DNA of 64,000 nt, taken from the NCBI RefSeq assembly GCF_006345805.1, contig NC_043006.1, positions 96,534,001 through 96,598,000 of the forward strand. Reading direction: 5' to 3'. The position numbers and the translations under genes were made by a program. Below, in pieces: positions 37,646-50,947 of this stretch. The stretch is from Octopus sinensis. Its lineage: Eukaryota. A model generated the notes under the pieces. The model ran no database searches. It saw only the letters and a program-made list of their open reading frames with translations, and was not told the origin of the DNA. Each line of letters opens with the position of its first letter. Position 1 is the first letter of the stretch.

Positions 37646-38055
37646 CATTCTTTATTTATTTCTGTCTGTCTTTCTTTCTACCACATGTTCAGTTTTTCCA
37701 GTTTTTCCTTCATATTCATTCATTCATTCATTTATTCATTCATTTATTGACTTATTCATTTATTCTTCTTTCTGTCTGTCTACTTGTCTTTCTTTCTATC
37801 TTTCTCTCTTTATTGTCGTGAACGACAAATGAGGGTAAAATAAAGCGGTATATACGTATATACAGAGTCAGCCAAAACAATTTATGCACACTTCAGAAAA
37901 CGGAAAATCTGTATAAGTATTTACCTTGTATAGGTACCTCTATAGATATAAACATCTTCAGTGTTTTATCAAATTGTGATAACACTGAATTAAAATATTT
38001 ATACAGATGTCTCCTTTCCTAAAGTGTATTTACTTTTGGGGGGCAGACACTGTAT

Positions 38056-38213
38056 ATGCAGTGGCTGTATGGTAAGTAGCTTGCTTACCAACCACATAGA
38101 TCCGGGTTCAGTCCCACTGCGTAGCACCTTTGGCAAGTGTCTTCTACTATAGCCTCAAGCCGACCAGAGTCTTGTGAGTGGATTTGGTAGACGGAAACTG
38201 AAAGAAGCCCATC

Positions 38214-38257
<44 letters not shown>

Positions 38258-38465
38258 GTGTGTGAGTCAGTGTTTGTTCCCCCACCATCGCTTGACAACC
38301 GATGCTGGTGTGTTACGTCCCCGTAACTTAGTGGTTAGTCTAAAGCGACCGATGGAATAAGTACTAGGCTTACAAAGAATAAGTCCTGGGGTCGAATTGT
38401 TCGACTTAAGGCGGTGCTCCAGCATAGCCGCAGTCAAATGACTGAAATAAATAATAGAATAAAAG
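38056..38465 (+). mobile_element. SINE family A, full length
   Basis: Complete head, body and tail. Confidence 0.95.
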
Positions 38466-39084
38466 TATATATTTATATAGACAATAGAACATACAATAAT
38501 TAAATTAAGATATAGTTTCTTTTTAATTATTTCTCAAATTCTGTCCGGGTGCAACCAAGTATCCTAGTAAGCAATTCTTTTCTATTTTCAGTTTTATTTT
38601 AATAGTTTATTTTTTGTATAATGTTTACCTTATGAATGTAGCTGCTTCTGTGTCACTATAGCTTCTTCAGAAGGTCAGTGGCACCAGGCTGTTAGCTGTA
38701 TGCATGCTTTCGAATATCACAAAATCTTTGTTCTATTCATTATCTTTAGTTCTTCGTTATTTTTTTTTTTAAGAAGTGATATTGACATTTTGAAGAAATT
38801 GTTCCCGTTTATCTGCCCTCGCTCTTTTCATCTGCACCATCTTTCAGTCTGACCTTTTCTTTCTTCTGTCATGATTTAATTGTATACCCTTTGTCTTTGT
38901 GTCGTGACCTGCAGATGCCATTAGGCCTTACGAAACTATTTTTGACTCCTCTTGAACAAATATTTTCATTCTTTAGCTCGGCTTTGAAAATCTTTCGTAC
39001 TATAATTCAAAAGTGATGACCAGTCACCAATCTACGTCATTAGCGACATCTCTTATCGTCACTCTTGTATTTCTTTGACCCGTG

Positions 39085-39700
39085 CTCTAGGGATGAGATG
39101 TATACTCAGAGATATGTCAGACAATCCTACAGTCTTAGCGAGGAGCGACTCACCAGACACTCCGCTCTGAATGATATAATTAGAAGAGTCCTCGACGCAG
39201 CTGACTTCTCATCTCAAGTGGAACAAGTAAATCTCGACTGCGGAGACAGCAAACACCCCAAAAGAATAACCCCGTTACCATACGAAGGAAGCAGATCCCT
39301 AGTCTTGGACGCATGGTGCGCTGACAATTTCTCCGGCTCCAACTTTGCTGCACTGGCTGCAAACCCAGGTATCGTAGACCGTAATGCAGAAGAGAGAAAA
39401 ATCAATAAACACAGGGGCCTGACCAGCAGCTGTCAGTTTGTGCCAGTCGCTGGCGAGACATCAGGTTTTCTTGGATCCTGTACTACCGATTTCTTCCGCA
39501 GAATCAGGATAATGGCGATCCATCTGAGAAATGATCCCCAGAGGTGGAGTGACCACTGCAGCGAGTGTTGCTGGCAATTCTCTACAGCAACGTCAGTGCA
39601 GCCATAACCTCGGGACGCGGCTTAACACACTATTTTTTCTGGGGGTGTATTGTCCATCGTCCCCCCCTCTCCATCTTCTGCTGCTTTACTCTCCACTTTT
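39085..39700 (+). mobile_element. CRE-clade non-LTR retrotransposon 3' end (restriction-like endonuclease domain)
   Basis: RHSALNDIIRRVL...SKHPKRITPLPY...LVLD...AEERKINKH..L...FVPVAGETSGFLG matches the RLE pattern RH..LNDII.R...GKRPDG.TL.PW..G..LVWD...AE.RK..KY..L...FVP.AVET.G..G; the catalytic PD is mutated. Confidence 0.8.
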
Positions 39701-39999
39701 TTCTTTTTTGTGTGTTCATAAAACCCAGCCTGTGTTTTAATAGACTCTTCAGTTCTGAAGGAACAGCAGACAGTGCCATAAATTTTGCGTTTATCAAAGG
39801 AGAGAATTTCTGCGGATATGTCCCTGAATGATTGTTTTTAACTGGATGTGCGAAATATTTTGGCCAATTCCGTCATTTCGTAAACAGAGATAGATAACTT
39901 TTCTGTCTATATATATATATATATTTGTGTGTGTGTGTGTGTGTATCTCTATATATGTATATATATATGTGTGTATGTGTTTGTGTGTATGAATGAGAG

Positions 40000-40030
<31 letters not shown>

Positions 40031-40084
40031 TTACGTATGTATGTATGTATGTGTGTGTGTATGTGTGTCTTTCTGCGTGTCATC

Positions 40085-40255
40085 TTTCATTCCACCACTG
40101 TTTCACAACTGGTGTTGGTTCATTTATGGCCACGTAACTTAGGATTTCGGCGAAAGAGACCAGGAATAAGCACTGGGGTCGATTTCTTCAAGAAAAACCC
40201 TTCAAGACATAGCCCCACTATGTCCGCACTCAAATGACGGATCCGAGTAAAAGAT
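40085..40255 (+). mobile_element. SINE family A-related 3' fragment, old
   Basis: CACGTAACTTAG...GAATAAGCACTGGGGTCGATTT...TCAAATGAC. Confidence 0.6.
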
Positions 40256-40845
40256 ACAAGTTTAGTAGTAGTAGTAGTAGTTGTAGTAGTAGTAGTAATT
40301 GCCTGTTGTAGCAAGAAGTATTGTTGTTGATGTTATCTAATGATGATTATGATGATGCTGATAATAATGATTATAATCATAATGATGGCGATGGATATGT
40401 TTTTTAAAGAAAACTCTAAATGACAGGTAACACTCGTAGATACACCCATGCCAAACCAATACGAACCAATCCAGTCCAAGCAACACTTAACCGGTCTATT
40501 CCATGACATACTCAATCCAGCTGGCGTATTCGCAAACCATTAACCAGGATATTCAAAATCGCTCAATAATTCACTTATTTATAATCCATTATTAAACTAC
40601 GTGCGCTAGAATTTACTTTCAATTTTCTATATCTGAATACAAATTTTTGTCTGAGAAATGTGAATTTCATTGATTTATGGTGATTATTATTTTTCCCTTC
40701 ATTTTCTTCTTATTTTAACTTTGCGAGTAGTTTTTGCTGTAGTCTTATTTTTTGCGGAATTTCGTTTTATTATACAGCAGAAGGTCAATTTACATGTGTT
40801 TATGTAAAGATGCGTGAGTATCCTTACACTAAAATATATATAATG

Positions 40846-40876
<31 letters not shown>

Positions 40877-41042
40877 TGTGTGTGTTGTGTGTGTGTGTGT
40901 GTGTTGTGTGTGTGTGTGTGTGTGTGTGATTGTTAGTGCTCTTAATTGGTAAATAAACTGTCAGCAATTTTCCATTGAAGGGCTCATTTCAACTGCAGAA
41001 TCAAATTTCTATGTGAAAGGTTTGACTGTGAGTTAAAGATTT

Positions 41043-41051
41043 ACCTGTTTC

Positions 41052-41137
<86 letters not shown>

Positions 41138-41314
41138 ATGTCTGTCTGTCTGTTTGTCTGTCTGTCTGCCTGTCTGTATGCTTGCCTATCTATCTCTCGA
41201 ACTATCTATCTATCTGTCTGTCAGTCTGTCTGTCTGTCTGCCTGTCTGTATGCTTGCCTATCTATCTACATATCTACCTATCGATCTATCTATCTATCTA
41301 TATATCTATATATC

Positions 41315-41394
<80 letters not shown>

Positions 41395-41400
41395 ATTGTA
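41043..41400. repeat. (TATC)n / (TGTC)n / (TA)n microsatellite block
   Basis: Direct reading. Confidence 0.95.
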
Positions 41401-41599
41401 AGTATGTATGTATGCATGCCTGTATGTATCTTTGTGTGCATGTGTGTGTGTGAATGCGTGGACTTGTGTGTCTATGTATGTATCCAAAGGAAATCGGGAG
41501 AATAACTGAAAAAGAAAAACAAAATCTAAATCATCTAGGAAATGCAAACATTCCGAATCGCTATAAAATTGTGTGGAAAAAGAAACGAAAATTCCAACG

Positions 41600-42010
41600 C
41601 TTCGGAAAGTGGTCCCTTGTCAAGAAAAGAAAGATGAACGCAAAAGAGGAAAAGTTAGTCGCGAGACGTTAAAAAATGCGATGCTGATAATAGCATGACA
41701 GAAGTAGGTAGGTTGGCACTGAGTGGAATGATGGCATGCCACATAATGACTGATATAAGTGAAATGAAGAAAACAAGATTGATAGTGTTGGGGATGTATT
41801 GAAATATATATGACCATGTTCTGTATGTACATTGAAGTGTTGGGCAGATTGCATAACGTGTGTTCACAAATGTAAACGAAGTGAGCAACTTGAGTAAGAA
41901 TATGTTTGTTTGTATGTGGGGTAGAGTTAAGGCATCATGGTGGAGAGGAAATCGTATAAGAGAAGGTCTAAATCTACGTTTAGACCAGGCAAAGATGGCG
42001 AATAATTCCA
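41600..42010 (+). mobile_element. Tc1-like transposase relic
   Basis: ISEMKKTRL....IYDHVLYVH*S...KNMFVCMWG resembles Tc1 LI...NK..RL...FDDV.F.DES...K.MVWG. Confidence 0.4.
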
Positions 42011-42427
42011 TGGCGAGAAAGTGTTGGTTCAATCTACATTCAATGAGCTTTCGTCTGAGACTACTGTGCTACTTAGCCTCTGAATTTTCGCCTTCACACA
42101 AAACCCTTGCGATTCTCTCATTTAGTTAACGAATCTAGTAACATGCAATGCACTTCAGAAAAATTTCGATAACCAACCATCTCATTTTAAATTAGATGAA
42201 CTAAAATTAATTGATAATTTATACTGGAATTCATATATATATATATATATTCATACATAATGTGTGTATGTATGTATGTATGTGTGTATGTATGTATGTA
42301 TGTATGTATGTATGTATGTATGTATGTATGTATGTATGTATTATGTATTATGTATATAGTTATGTATGTATAAATCTATGAATTGAATATATTTGTGTAA
42401 CAGTGCATGAATAATTCTGTGGTATAT

Positions 42428-42459
<32 letters not shown>

Positions 42460-42465
42460 TACTGC

Positions 42466-42561
<96 letters not shown>

Positions 42562-43135
42562 TAATAATGATAATAATATATAACGTATAATTCTACGTTG
42601 ATATTCATATGAATGCACACTTGGGAATGTATTTGTGTGTGTATATATATACACGCACACACTCACACACAGATGTATATATATATATATATATATACAG
42701 ATGTGTATGTGTGTGTGTGCGTGTATTTATGTATATATTATATATCATTGGTAAATTTCACTCATAAATCACGTCATGATAAACCGCACAATTAAGATAG
42801 AAAAGCCTCACAGCGCTTATCACACACTGTGATCTAAGTGCTGCCCGAGGGGTGGACAGCTTGGGAGTGCTGCTTCATGAGCTGATGGCGGTGGTAGGAG
42901 GATAAGTGAGTGGGTGCGAAGGCAGATGAGAGGTTTATGGTTTCGGGTGTGACCCTTTCCTCTGTATAGTGAAAGTCGACCCTCACATCTCATATACATC
43001 GCGAATAGCAGAGGCCTGTGAGAAACGATTTGAATCACGATTTCAATTTATTCAATCTCGGGGGGGGGGGGGGTAAGGTAATCACGGGCGCACGCACACA
43101 CACTTACACTCACACAGATATATACTATACATTTA

Positions 43136-43176
<41 letters not shown>

Positions 43177-43281
43177 TTATGTATATATATATATATATAT
43201 TTATGTATACACATATATATGTATATATGTATATATATATAAACATACGCATATTTATACATATGTATATATATGCATACG

Positions 43282-43328
<47 letters not shown>

Positions 43329-43330
<2 letters not shown>

Positions 43331-43653
43331 GAACGGCGTGGCTGTGTGGTAAGAGGCTTGCTTCCCAACCACGTGCTTCCAGGTTCAGTCCATTGCTACT
43401 ATAGACTAAGGCCGACCAAAGTTTTGTGAGTGGATTTCGTAGGCGGAAACAGAAAGAAGCCCGGTAAAAATGTGTGAGTGTATGTCTGTGTATTCGTCCG
43501 GATGTTTGTGTTTGTCACTCCCAAATCGTTTGACAACCGATGTTGGTGTGTTTACGTTCCCGTAACTTCGTGATTCGACAAACAGACAGATGGAATAAGT
43601 ACAAGGCGGTACTTCAGTATGGCTGCAATCAAATGACTGAAACATGTATAAAA

Positions 43654-43656
<3 letters not shown>
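43329..43656 (+). mobile_element. SINE family A, diverged
   Basis: GGCGTGGCTGTGTGGTAAG head, GGTTCAGTCC B-box, internal deletions. Confidence 0.9.
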
Positions 43657-43711
<55 letters not shown>

Positions 43712-43789
43712 TAAAAGTGTATCAATACGGAGTAAATAATTCAGCAGAAATATTTGCGAAGATAACATTACCTATCTTATTATCTAGGA

Positions 43790-43973
43790 TAAAATAATTA
43801 AATTGATAACAGAATTTATAATATGAGCGATTGTAGGCCCCAAAACGCATTGAATAGCAGAAGAATTAAAATTTATATTAAATTATTAATCAAAGGACAT
43901 ACCGAGTATGTCTACCTGCTGGAAATAACAGTCAAAACTCTTATTTAAACCGCCGAAAAAATAACACTGATAA
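43790..43973 (+). repeat. unclassified interspersed repeat (second copy 59002-59200, opposite strand)
   Basis: ATTAATCAAAGGACA...GTATGTCTACCTGCTGGAAATAACAGTCAAAACTCTT.TTTAAA.CGCC is shared. Confidence 0.85.
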
Positions 43974-43975
43974 TG

Positions 43976-44522
43976 ACTACAAAAATGAACCATCTGCGAG
44001 CATACGGATTAAAGTGGGGCTATAATGCCAGTCCAGAAACTGGTCCACGTGAGTCTAAATACAGGAAAGGATGTTATATTGGTATGCTGAATGATTTTCT
44101 TCACCCGTATGCTACATCCCGAAAATTCATTTCTTTGCCGAATTTCTACAATGTTTACGGCGATTCGTTTTTATATCTTGATTTTTTATTTTTCATGCAA
44201 TTTACGCATGGTTGCACGCGTGGTGAACACAGTTCACGTCAAACAGCTAACTGAGTAAAGTTCACTATTCAATGCATGGGATAAGGCTTAAACAAACACA
44301 TTATCGATTTTTGCACTTGCGAGATGAATTTCAGAACAGAAATAGTGCAGTTCAATTTTCATTCGCCTAAACTTTAAGTGACCCATTTTTGTGGTTCTAC
44401 GATTTGTTGGCTAGGAGGAGATGTGCCGGGAAGTTAAACACACAGACACACACACAGATACATACACAGACACACACACAGATACATACACAGACACACA
44501 AGTTGAGTTTTATTTATATAGA
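43976..44522 (-). mobile_element. possible non-autonomous Helitron
   Basis: Minus-strand 5' end A|TCTATATAAATAAAACTCAACTTGTGTG at 44522; the 3' end is only weakly recognisable. Confidence 0.4.
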
Positions 44523-44682
44523 TCTGATGCATAGCTATGTAAAAAAAAAAAAACAGAAAAATATCTCACTGGGACTAGTTTATATTCACGAAGAATGATT
44601 ATGATTTTGTTTTGGAATTTGAGAAAGAATTCTTGGAGTGCATATGGCACATTCTTTTATTAAGTACATTTTTGACATTTTA

Positions 44683-44925
44683 GTGGCTTAGTGGTTACGG
44701 TGTTGGACCTATGATCGTAAGATTGTGATTTCGATTCATGGACCGGGCGACACGTTGTGTTCTTGAGCAAAACACTTCATTTCCCGTTGCTCCAGTTCAC
44801 TCAGCTGGCAAAAATGTGTAATCCTGCGACGGACCAGTGTCTTGTGTCCAGGTGAGGAATTTATACGCCATTGAATCCGGGAAACCGGCCCTCATCGGCC
44901 TGGCATGGTTCAAGAAGAAAACATC
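44683..44925 (+). mobile_element. tRNA-derived SINE family D
   Basis: GTGGCTTAGTGGTTACGG A-box, GATTTCGATTC B-box, GTGTTCTTGAGCAAAACACTTCA...CCAGTTCACTCAGCTG body. Confidence 0.85.
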
Positions 44926-45219
44926 TAACGTCTATAAGTTTAAGGGTTAGAAACTATGTTTGGAAATGCAATTTTATATATCTCTATACGTGACAAACAG
45001 GAAGACAGTTTCGTTAATTATTGTTATTCGTCAATAAAAAAGGTTTTAATCGTATTCCTTAAATTCCTTAACTAGTTTCAACTTGTGCCGGGGAACCATA
45101 TTTGGCTTTGCTACACCTACGGTATTTGAAACCTCATCTGATATGTGGTATTTGGTGAGTGAAGGAGCTTGATTCTGTTGCCCTCATCTGTGTTTCCTAC
45201 CGTGAGGTAGGAAACGTAT

Positions 45220-45633
45220 TACTCTTTTACTCTTTTACTTGTTTCAGTCATTTGACTGTGGCCATGCTGGAGCACCGCCTTTAGTCGAGCAAATCGATCC
45301 CAGGACTTATTCTTTGTAAGCCTAGTACATATTTTATCAGTCTCTTTTGCCGAACCACTAATTTACGGGGACGTAAACACACCAGCATGGGTTGTTAAGT
45401 GATGTTGGGGAGACAGACACAGACAAACAAACATCTACACACACACACATATATATATATACATATATACGACGGGCTTCTTTCAGTTTCCGTCTAACAA
45501 ATCCACTCACAACGCTTTGGTTAACCTGAGGCTATAGTAGAAAACACGTGCCCAAGATGCCACGCAGTGGGATTGAACCCGGAACCATGTGGTTAGTTAG
45601 CAAGCTACTTACCACACAGCCACTCCTACGCCT
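45220..45633 (-). mobile_element. SINE family A, full length
   Basis: Complete; (AAAAGAGT)n tail. Confidence 0.95.
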
Positions 45634-45952
45634 ATTGTAAAATAAATTACATTTAATTAACTAAAACCTATTTTTAAAGATGTGTTATTGATATCATTGC
45701 AGTGTAAGTGTAATATAAGTGTAATTTTAAAGACTTCAGAATGGAATCATTCAGAGTTACTACCATATTGTAGTCAATGACGCCTGCCACTTTTCAATGA
45801 CAACAATATGTCATTGGTACGCTAACAAGTGAATTACGTAGCTGGAGGAATAATCAGTTCCTGCTCTTCCGGTGCAGACTTGATACTTAAGCAGATGAAA
45901 TCGATATTTTGTGTCAACAACAGAATGTAAAATTTTGTACAAGAAATGTGAA

Positions 45953-46150
45953 GGTGTGTGGCCTAGTAGTTAGGGGGTTGTACTTACGATCACAAGACGG
46001 TAGTTTCGATTTTTGAACCAGGTAGCGGTTTGTGTTCATGTGCAAAACACTACATTTGACGTTTCTCCAGTTCACTCAGCTGTGACGGACTGACGTTCCG
46101 TTCCGAGGTGATGTTGCGATTTGGAAACCGTGCAACCGGCCCGATGAGTT
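45953..46150 (+). mobile_element. SINE family D, older copy
   Basis: GTGGCCTAGTAGTTAGG...GTTTCGATT...GCAAAACACT...CCAGTTCACTCAGCTG. Confidence 0.75.
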
Positions 46151-46296
46151 CTGGGACTGGAGACAGTACTTACTTTATACAAGGAATAAAGCTCTGCATC
46201 TCAGGAAGGTGTAAATGACCCCCAGCAGCGTAAATAAAGTGTAGAATCTAAACAAGGAAGCGGTGTGAGGAGAATGTGGACCCTAAAGCAGAGGGT

Positions 46297-46628
46297 TTTA
46301 TTCTTTTACTTGTTTCAGTAATCTGATTGTGGCCACGCTGATTTTTTTGCCTAACCGCTAAGTTATGGGGAAATAAACACACCAACACTGGTTCTCCAGT
46401 AGTGAAGGGGTCTGGGTCAAACACAGACACAATGACGCACACACATGCACACACACACACACACACATATATACGAAGTGCTTCTTTCAGTTTCCGTCTA
46501 CCAAATCCATTCACAAGGCTTTGGTCGTCCCGAGCTTATAGTAGAACACACTTGCCCAAGGCACGCAGAAGAACTGGGCCCAGAACCATGTAGATGGGAA
46601 GCAAGCTTGTTACCACACAGTCACGCCA
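46297..46628 (-). mobile_element. SINE family A, diverged
   Basis: Body and head recognisable; internal deletion. Confidence 0.85.
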
Positions 46629-46841
46629 CATGGTGGGTGGCATAGGTGAAATGAGGGACTTAAAGCAAGATGGCAGCTAAATGAAGGAGGAATTTAAACA
46701 AAATAACGATGTAATTGAAATGAGAATCTGAAAGACGACGACGTTCTCAGCTGAGGAGTCTTCCTAAAAGTCAATCGATTGAAATATTGATTTCTCACAT
46801 TAGTATAAGACTGGAGTTAATAAAATAGGTGAGATGGTGTG

Positions 46842-46916
46842 TTTACGGGGACGTAAACACACCAGCATCGGTTGTTAAGTGATGTTGGGGGGACAAACAC
46901 AGACAAACAAATATCT

Positions 46917-46951
<35 letters not shown>

Positions 46952-47095
46952 CATATATACGACGGGCTTCTTTCAGTTTCCGTCTAACAAATCCACTGAC
47001 AACGCTTTGGTTGACCTGAGGCTATAGCAGAAGACACTTGCCCAAGATGCCACGCAGTGGGACTGAACCTGGAACCATGTGGTTAGTGAGCAAGT
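46842..47095 (-). mobile_element. SINE family A, partial; near-duplicate of 45368-45610
   Basis: Shares variants TTGTTAAGTGATGTTGGG, ACAAACAAA.ATCTACAC, TCTAACAAATCC and CAACGCTTTGGTT.ACCTGAGG. Confidence 0.9.
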
Positions 47096-48109
47096 TAGCA
47101 ACCCTATTAGTTTACTGATATTGGTTTTATGAACCAGTAATATAACAGGGTGACAACTCTGTTCCTATAATTTCTCATTCCTATTACACGGTAGAAATAT
47201 TAGTAATTAATAAATCATCAAAAGAAATAGCAACAACGATGACGTCAACACAATGATCACAACAACAAAAGCAGCAGCAGCAGCAGCAACAACAACAACA
47301 ACTACTACTACTACTACTATTACTACTGCTACTACTGCTACTACTACTACTACTACTGCTACTACTACTACTACTACTGTTGCCTCTGCTGCTACGACCA
47401 CCACCACCATCATAATCGTACTATCCGTACCCACAGCAATAGCAGTAACGAAATCTACATCTCTACCACAACTACCACCACCAATACTATCATTAACAAC
47501 AACAACAACAACACTATAACAACCCACAACATTAATTACAGCAACAATATGAATAAGGAAGAGCCGAATGAAATGGAATGTTTAAAACACATCTTTTATG
47601 TCGAGGTATCCGGGAAGTATCTTGATCGCGTTTCTCCTAAGGCAATTTCGGGTCCACCGTTCTGAGAGTTCTTCCGATTAGATTCCATCTAAGAAATAGA
47701 ACGAAATTGAAGAAGAACAAGAAGGCAATGATGTTGGTGGTGTTGGCGGTTGTGGTGGTTGCGGTGCTGGTGGTGTTGGTGGTGTTGGATAGATGGAAGT
47801 GTGGGGTCGGAGAAATAAATTGGATTTTGCTTTATGAATAAAAGCCATTGGGATGGCAATGCGATATTATCTTATTGCTAACTCACCGTTCCACTTTCTT
47901 ATATCTAGTGTGTTTGTCACAGTGTCTTCCAGCCTGTCTCCAACTCTCTCTCTCTCTCTTCCCCAGCTCTCCCTCTTTCTCTTTCCCTGCTCTTCCCCTC
48001 TCTTTCCTTCTGTACACACACACATATCCTTCTCTATCTTTCTATATCTCACGCACTTTTGTAATACACGTTCTCTCTCTTTCTTTCTCTCTCTCTCTCT
48101 GTGTTCCCG

Positions 48110-48183
<74 letters not shown>

Positions 48184-49264
48184 TTCTCTCTCCGTCTATA
48201 TCTCTCTATCACCGTCTCCGTCTCGCTGCCTACCTTTCTTGATCTCTGTCTATTTCTCATAAAGACTGAGGTCTTTATCTTCCACTGTTTCCCTTCTTGT
48301 CGAATTCTCATCCTCCCTCACTCTCTTTCGCTGCTCTTTTCCTCAACCTCCAAGTTTCAATCTTTCTCTCCCTGTCAATTATCCCCTTTTCCCTCCCTCT
48401 CTCTCTCTCTGTCTTTTTCTCTCGCTCTGTCTCTTACTCCCTACATCTATCCTATCAGTTTATCTCCCACATTCTATCAATCAATGTCATGTATACTATC
48501 AAATTCTTTTCTTTCTTCCAATCTCCCTGTTTCTCTCTCTGTTTGTTACCATCTGTATGTCTGTCTCACTTTTTCATTCTCCCATACTATCTATTTTATC
48601 AATTTCCTCACACGCATAACCAAGTTCCACTCTGTCTATCTGTCTGTCTCTGTCTCTCCCTCTCTCTACCTCACTCTCTCCCTCTCTCTTGTATTGTTAG
48701 CTCACCTTTCTCTTCTGGACTGTTTGATAATTAAACCAACCTGCTTCATACATTTTAGCCATCTCTCGTTCTCTGTTCTTATAATCTCTCTACACATCTC
48801 TGCATGTCTTACTTTATCAATTCCATAACTAGTTATTACTACTTTCTCACAATCAACTTCTCCCTTCTCTCTATAATAACCAAGTTGCCTCTATTTTACC
48901 ATAAATAGGCCTTTAATGAGATGTAACTTACTGTGTCCGGTTTCTCTTAGGAAGTTCCGTCTTTGTTCCTCATCTATTTAAGTCTTTGCGCTTACAGCCG
49001 ACTCGTTATTCATAAACTCTCTTCTCCATATTCATATTCTTACTTCCCTCTGCTTCTATTTCTCTGTTATTACCTTGGCTTTTATTGTCCTGTGTGCTTC
49101 TGTCTCTAAATCCTCTCTAACATATTTCTCCCATCAAAACTCTTCTCACAAACTCTACCAATAAACTCTTTACAACAACTTGCTACCACCAAAACCATTT
49201 AAGCACATGTCTACCAAGCATTCATCAGTTATCAAACACATTTTAATGTAATTCTACCATCAAT

Positions 49265-49654
49265 GGATGGAAGCACTCCGTCGGTTACGACGACGAGGGT
49301 TCCGGTTGATCCGAATCAACGGAACAGCCTGCTCGTGAAATTAACGTGTAAGTGGCTGAGCACTCCACAGACACGTGTACCCTTAACGTAGTTCTCGGGG
49401 ATATTCAGCGTGACACAGAGAGTGACAAGGCCGGCCCTTTGAAATACAGGTACAACAGAAACAGGAAGTAAGAGTGAGAGAAAGTTGTGGTGAAAGAGTA
49501 CAGCAGGGATCACCACCATCCCCTGCCGGAGCCTCGTGGAGCTTTTTAGGTGATTTCGCTCAATAAACACTCACAACGCCCAGTCTGGGAATCGAAACCG
49601 CGATCCTATGACCGCGAGTCCGCTGCCCTAACCACTGGGCCATTGCGCCTCCAC
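49265..49654 (-). mobile_element. tRNA(Arg)-like-headed SINE family C, tail variant 2, intact
   Basis: Same head as 34119 with a different 3' half ending CGTCGTCGTAACCGACGGAGTGCTTCCATCC; perfect 12-bp TSD TCTACCATCAAT (49253-49264, 49655-49666). Confidence 0.95.
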
Positions 49655-49715
49655 TCTACCATCAATACATCACTGAAAAATCACTCAACAAAATGCTCTT
49701 TAATCAATGTCCGCT

Positions 49716-49863
49716 AGGCGCAGGTGCGGCTGTATGGTAAGTAGCTTGCTTACAAACCACATGGTTCCGGGTTCAGTCCCACAGCGTGGCATCTTGGGCA
49801 AGTGTCTTCTACTATAGCCTCGGGTCAACCAAAGCGTTGTGAGTCAATTTGGTTGACGGAAAC
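49716..49863 (+). mobile_element. SINE family A, 5' half only
   Basis: Head through GACGGAAACT, then an abrupt switch to a copy of 48790-48841. Confidence 0.9.
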
Positions 49864-49957
49864 TACACATCTCTGCATGTCTTACTTTATCAATTCTATA
49901 ACTAGTTATTACTATTTATTTATTTATGTTTGCTTGTATTTATGTGTATGTATATAT

Positions 49958-50280
49958 TTCAAAGAAGATTGAGAGGCGGTTGGATGGAACCTACACTCGC
50001 CTCCTTATGAGAGCTCAAAATCACTCGTGGAAGCGCCATCCAACCAAAATGCAAATATATGGGAAACTACCACCTGTGTCATCTCTTGTGAAAGGTAAGA
50101 GAGTCCAGTTTGCTGGACATTGTTGTAGAGCTGAAAAAGAGGTAATTTCTACTCTTCTCCTCTGGAAGCCATCTACTCGCAATACCAGAGGACCTCCGTA
50201 ATGCCATGATGGACCGTGAAGTCTGGCGTAGCATGGTTAATTCCATTGTCTCGACCACGGTCGAACAATGATGATGATGA
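49958..50280 (+). mobile_element. RTE-clade LINE 3' end with (TGA)n tail
   Basis: KKIERRLDGTYTRLLMRAQNHSWKRHPT...RVQFAGHCCRAEKEVIS.LLLWKP [deletion] LRNAMMDREVWRSMV...VEQ* followed by TGATGATGATGA. Confidence 0.9.
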
Positions 50281-50512
50281 TATATTTGTGTCTGTGCTTG
50301 CCCCACCCCACCCACCCCAACATCGCTTGACAACAGATGCTGGTGTGTTTACGTCCCCGTAACTGAGCGGTTCGGCAAAAGAGACCGATAGAATAAGTAC
50401 TAGGCTAACGAAGAATAAGTCCTGGGCTCGATTTGCTCGATTAAAGGCGGTGCTCCAGCATGGCCGCAGTCAAATGACTGAAACAAGTAAAAGAACAATA
50501 GAATAAAAGAAT
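50281..50512 (+). mobile_element. SINE family A, 3' half
   Basis: CATCGCTTGACAAC...GACTGAAACAAGTAAAAGA. Confidence 0.92.
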
Positions 50513-50681
50513 ACTCTCTCAAACGCAATTCTACAATTCAATCGACAATACTTTTCTAATAATATTCTCCGCCAAATCCTTTCTAATTCATTTCGAACAT
50601 CAAACTCTCTCTAAGAACTTTCTACCGCCAAACGCTCAGTATTTTAATCTCTACTACCGAAACGACTCTTACACATTTCTG

Positions 50682-50819
50682 TAGCTGTGTGGCAAAACCT
50701 TTGCTTTCCGACTACACGGCCCGGGTTCAATCTCACTGTGTAACACTTTTGGTAAGTGTTATTATAGCTGACCAATGCCTAGAGAGTGGATTTCCTGGAT
50801 GGAAACCGAAAGAAGCCTG

Positions 50820-50890
<71 letters not shown>

Positions 50891-50912
50891 TAGATATATA
50901 TATATATATACT

Positions 50913-50947
<35 letters not shown>

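Noticed and set aside
38545-38566. Helitron 3' end (CCGGGTGCAACC...CTAGT)
   Set aside because: The hairpin is poor and no 5' end was found.
39065-39607. 180-aa ORF as a host gene
   Set aside because: It matches the retrotransposon RLE domain; annotated as a mobile element.
47848-48828. Longest ORF (326 aa) as a gene
   Set aside because: It is a translation of CT/GT/TA low-complexity DNA that lacks stops by composition; no domain or splice structure.
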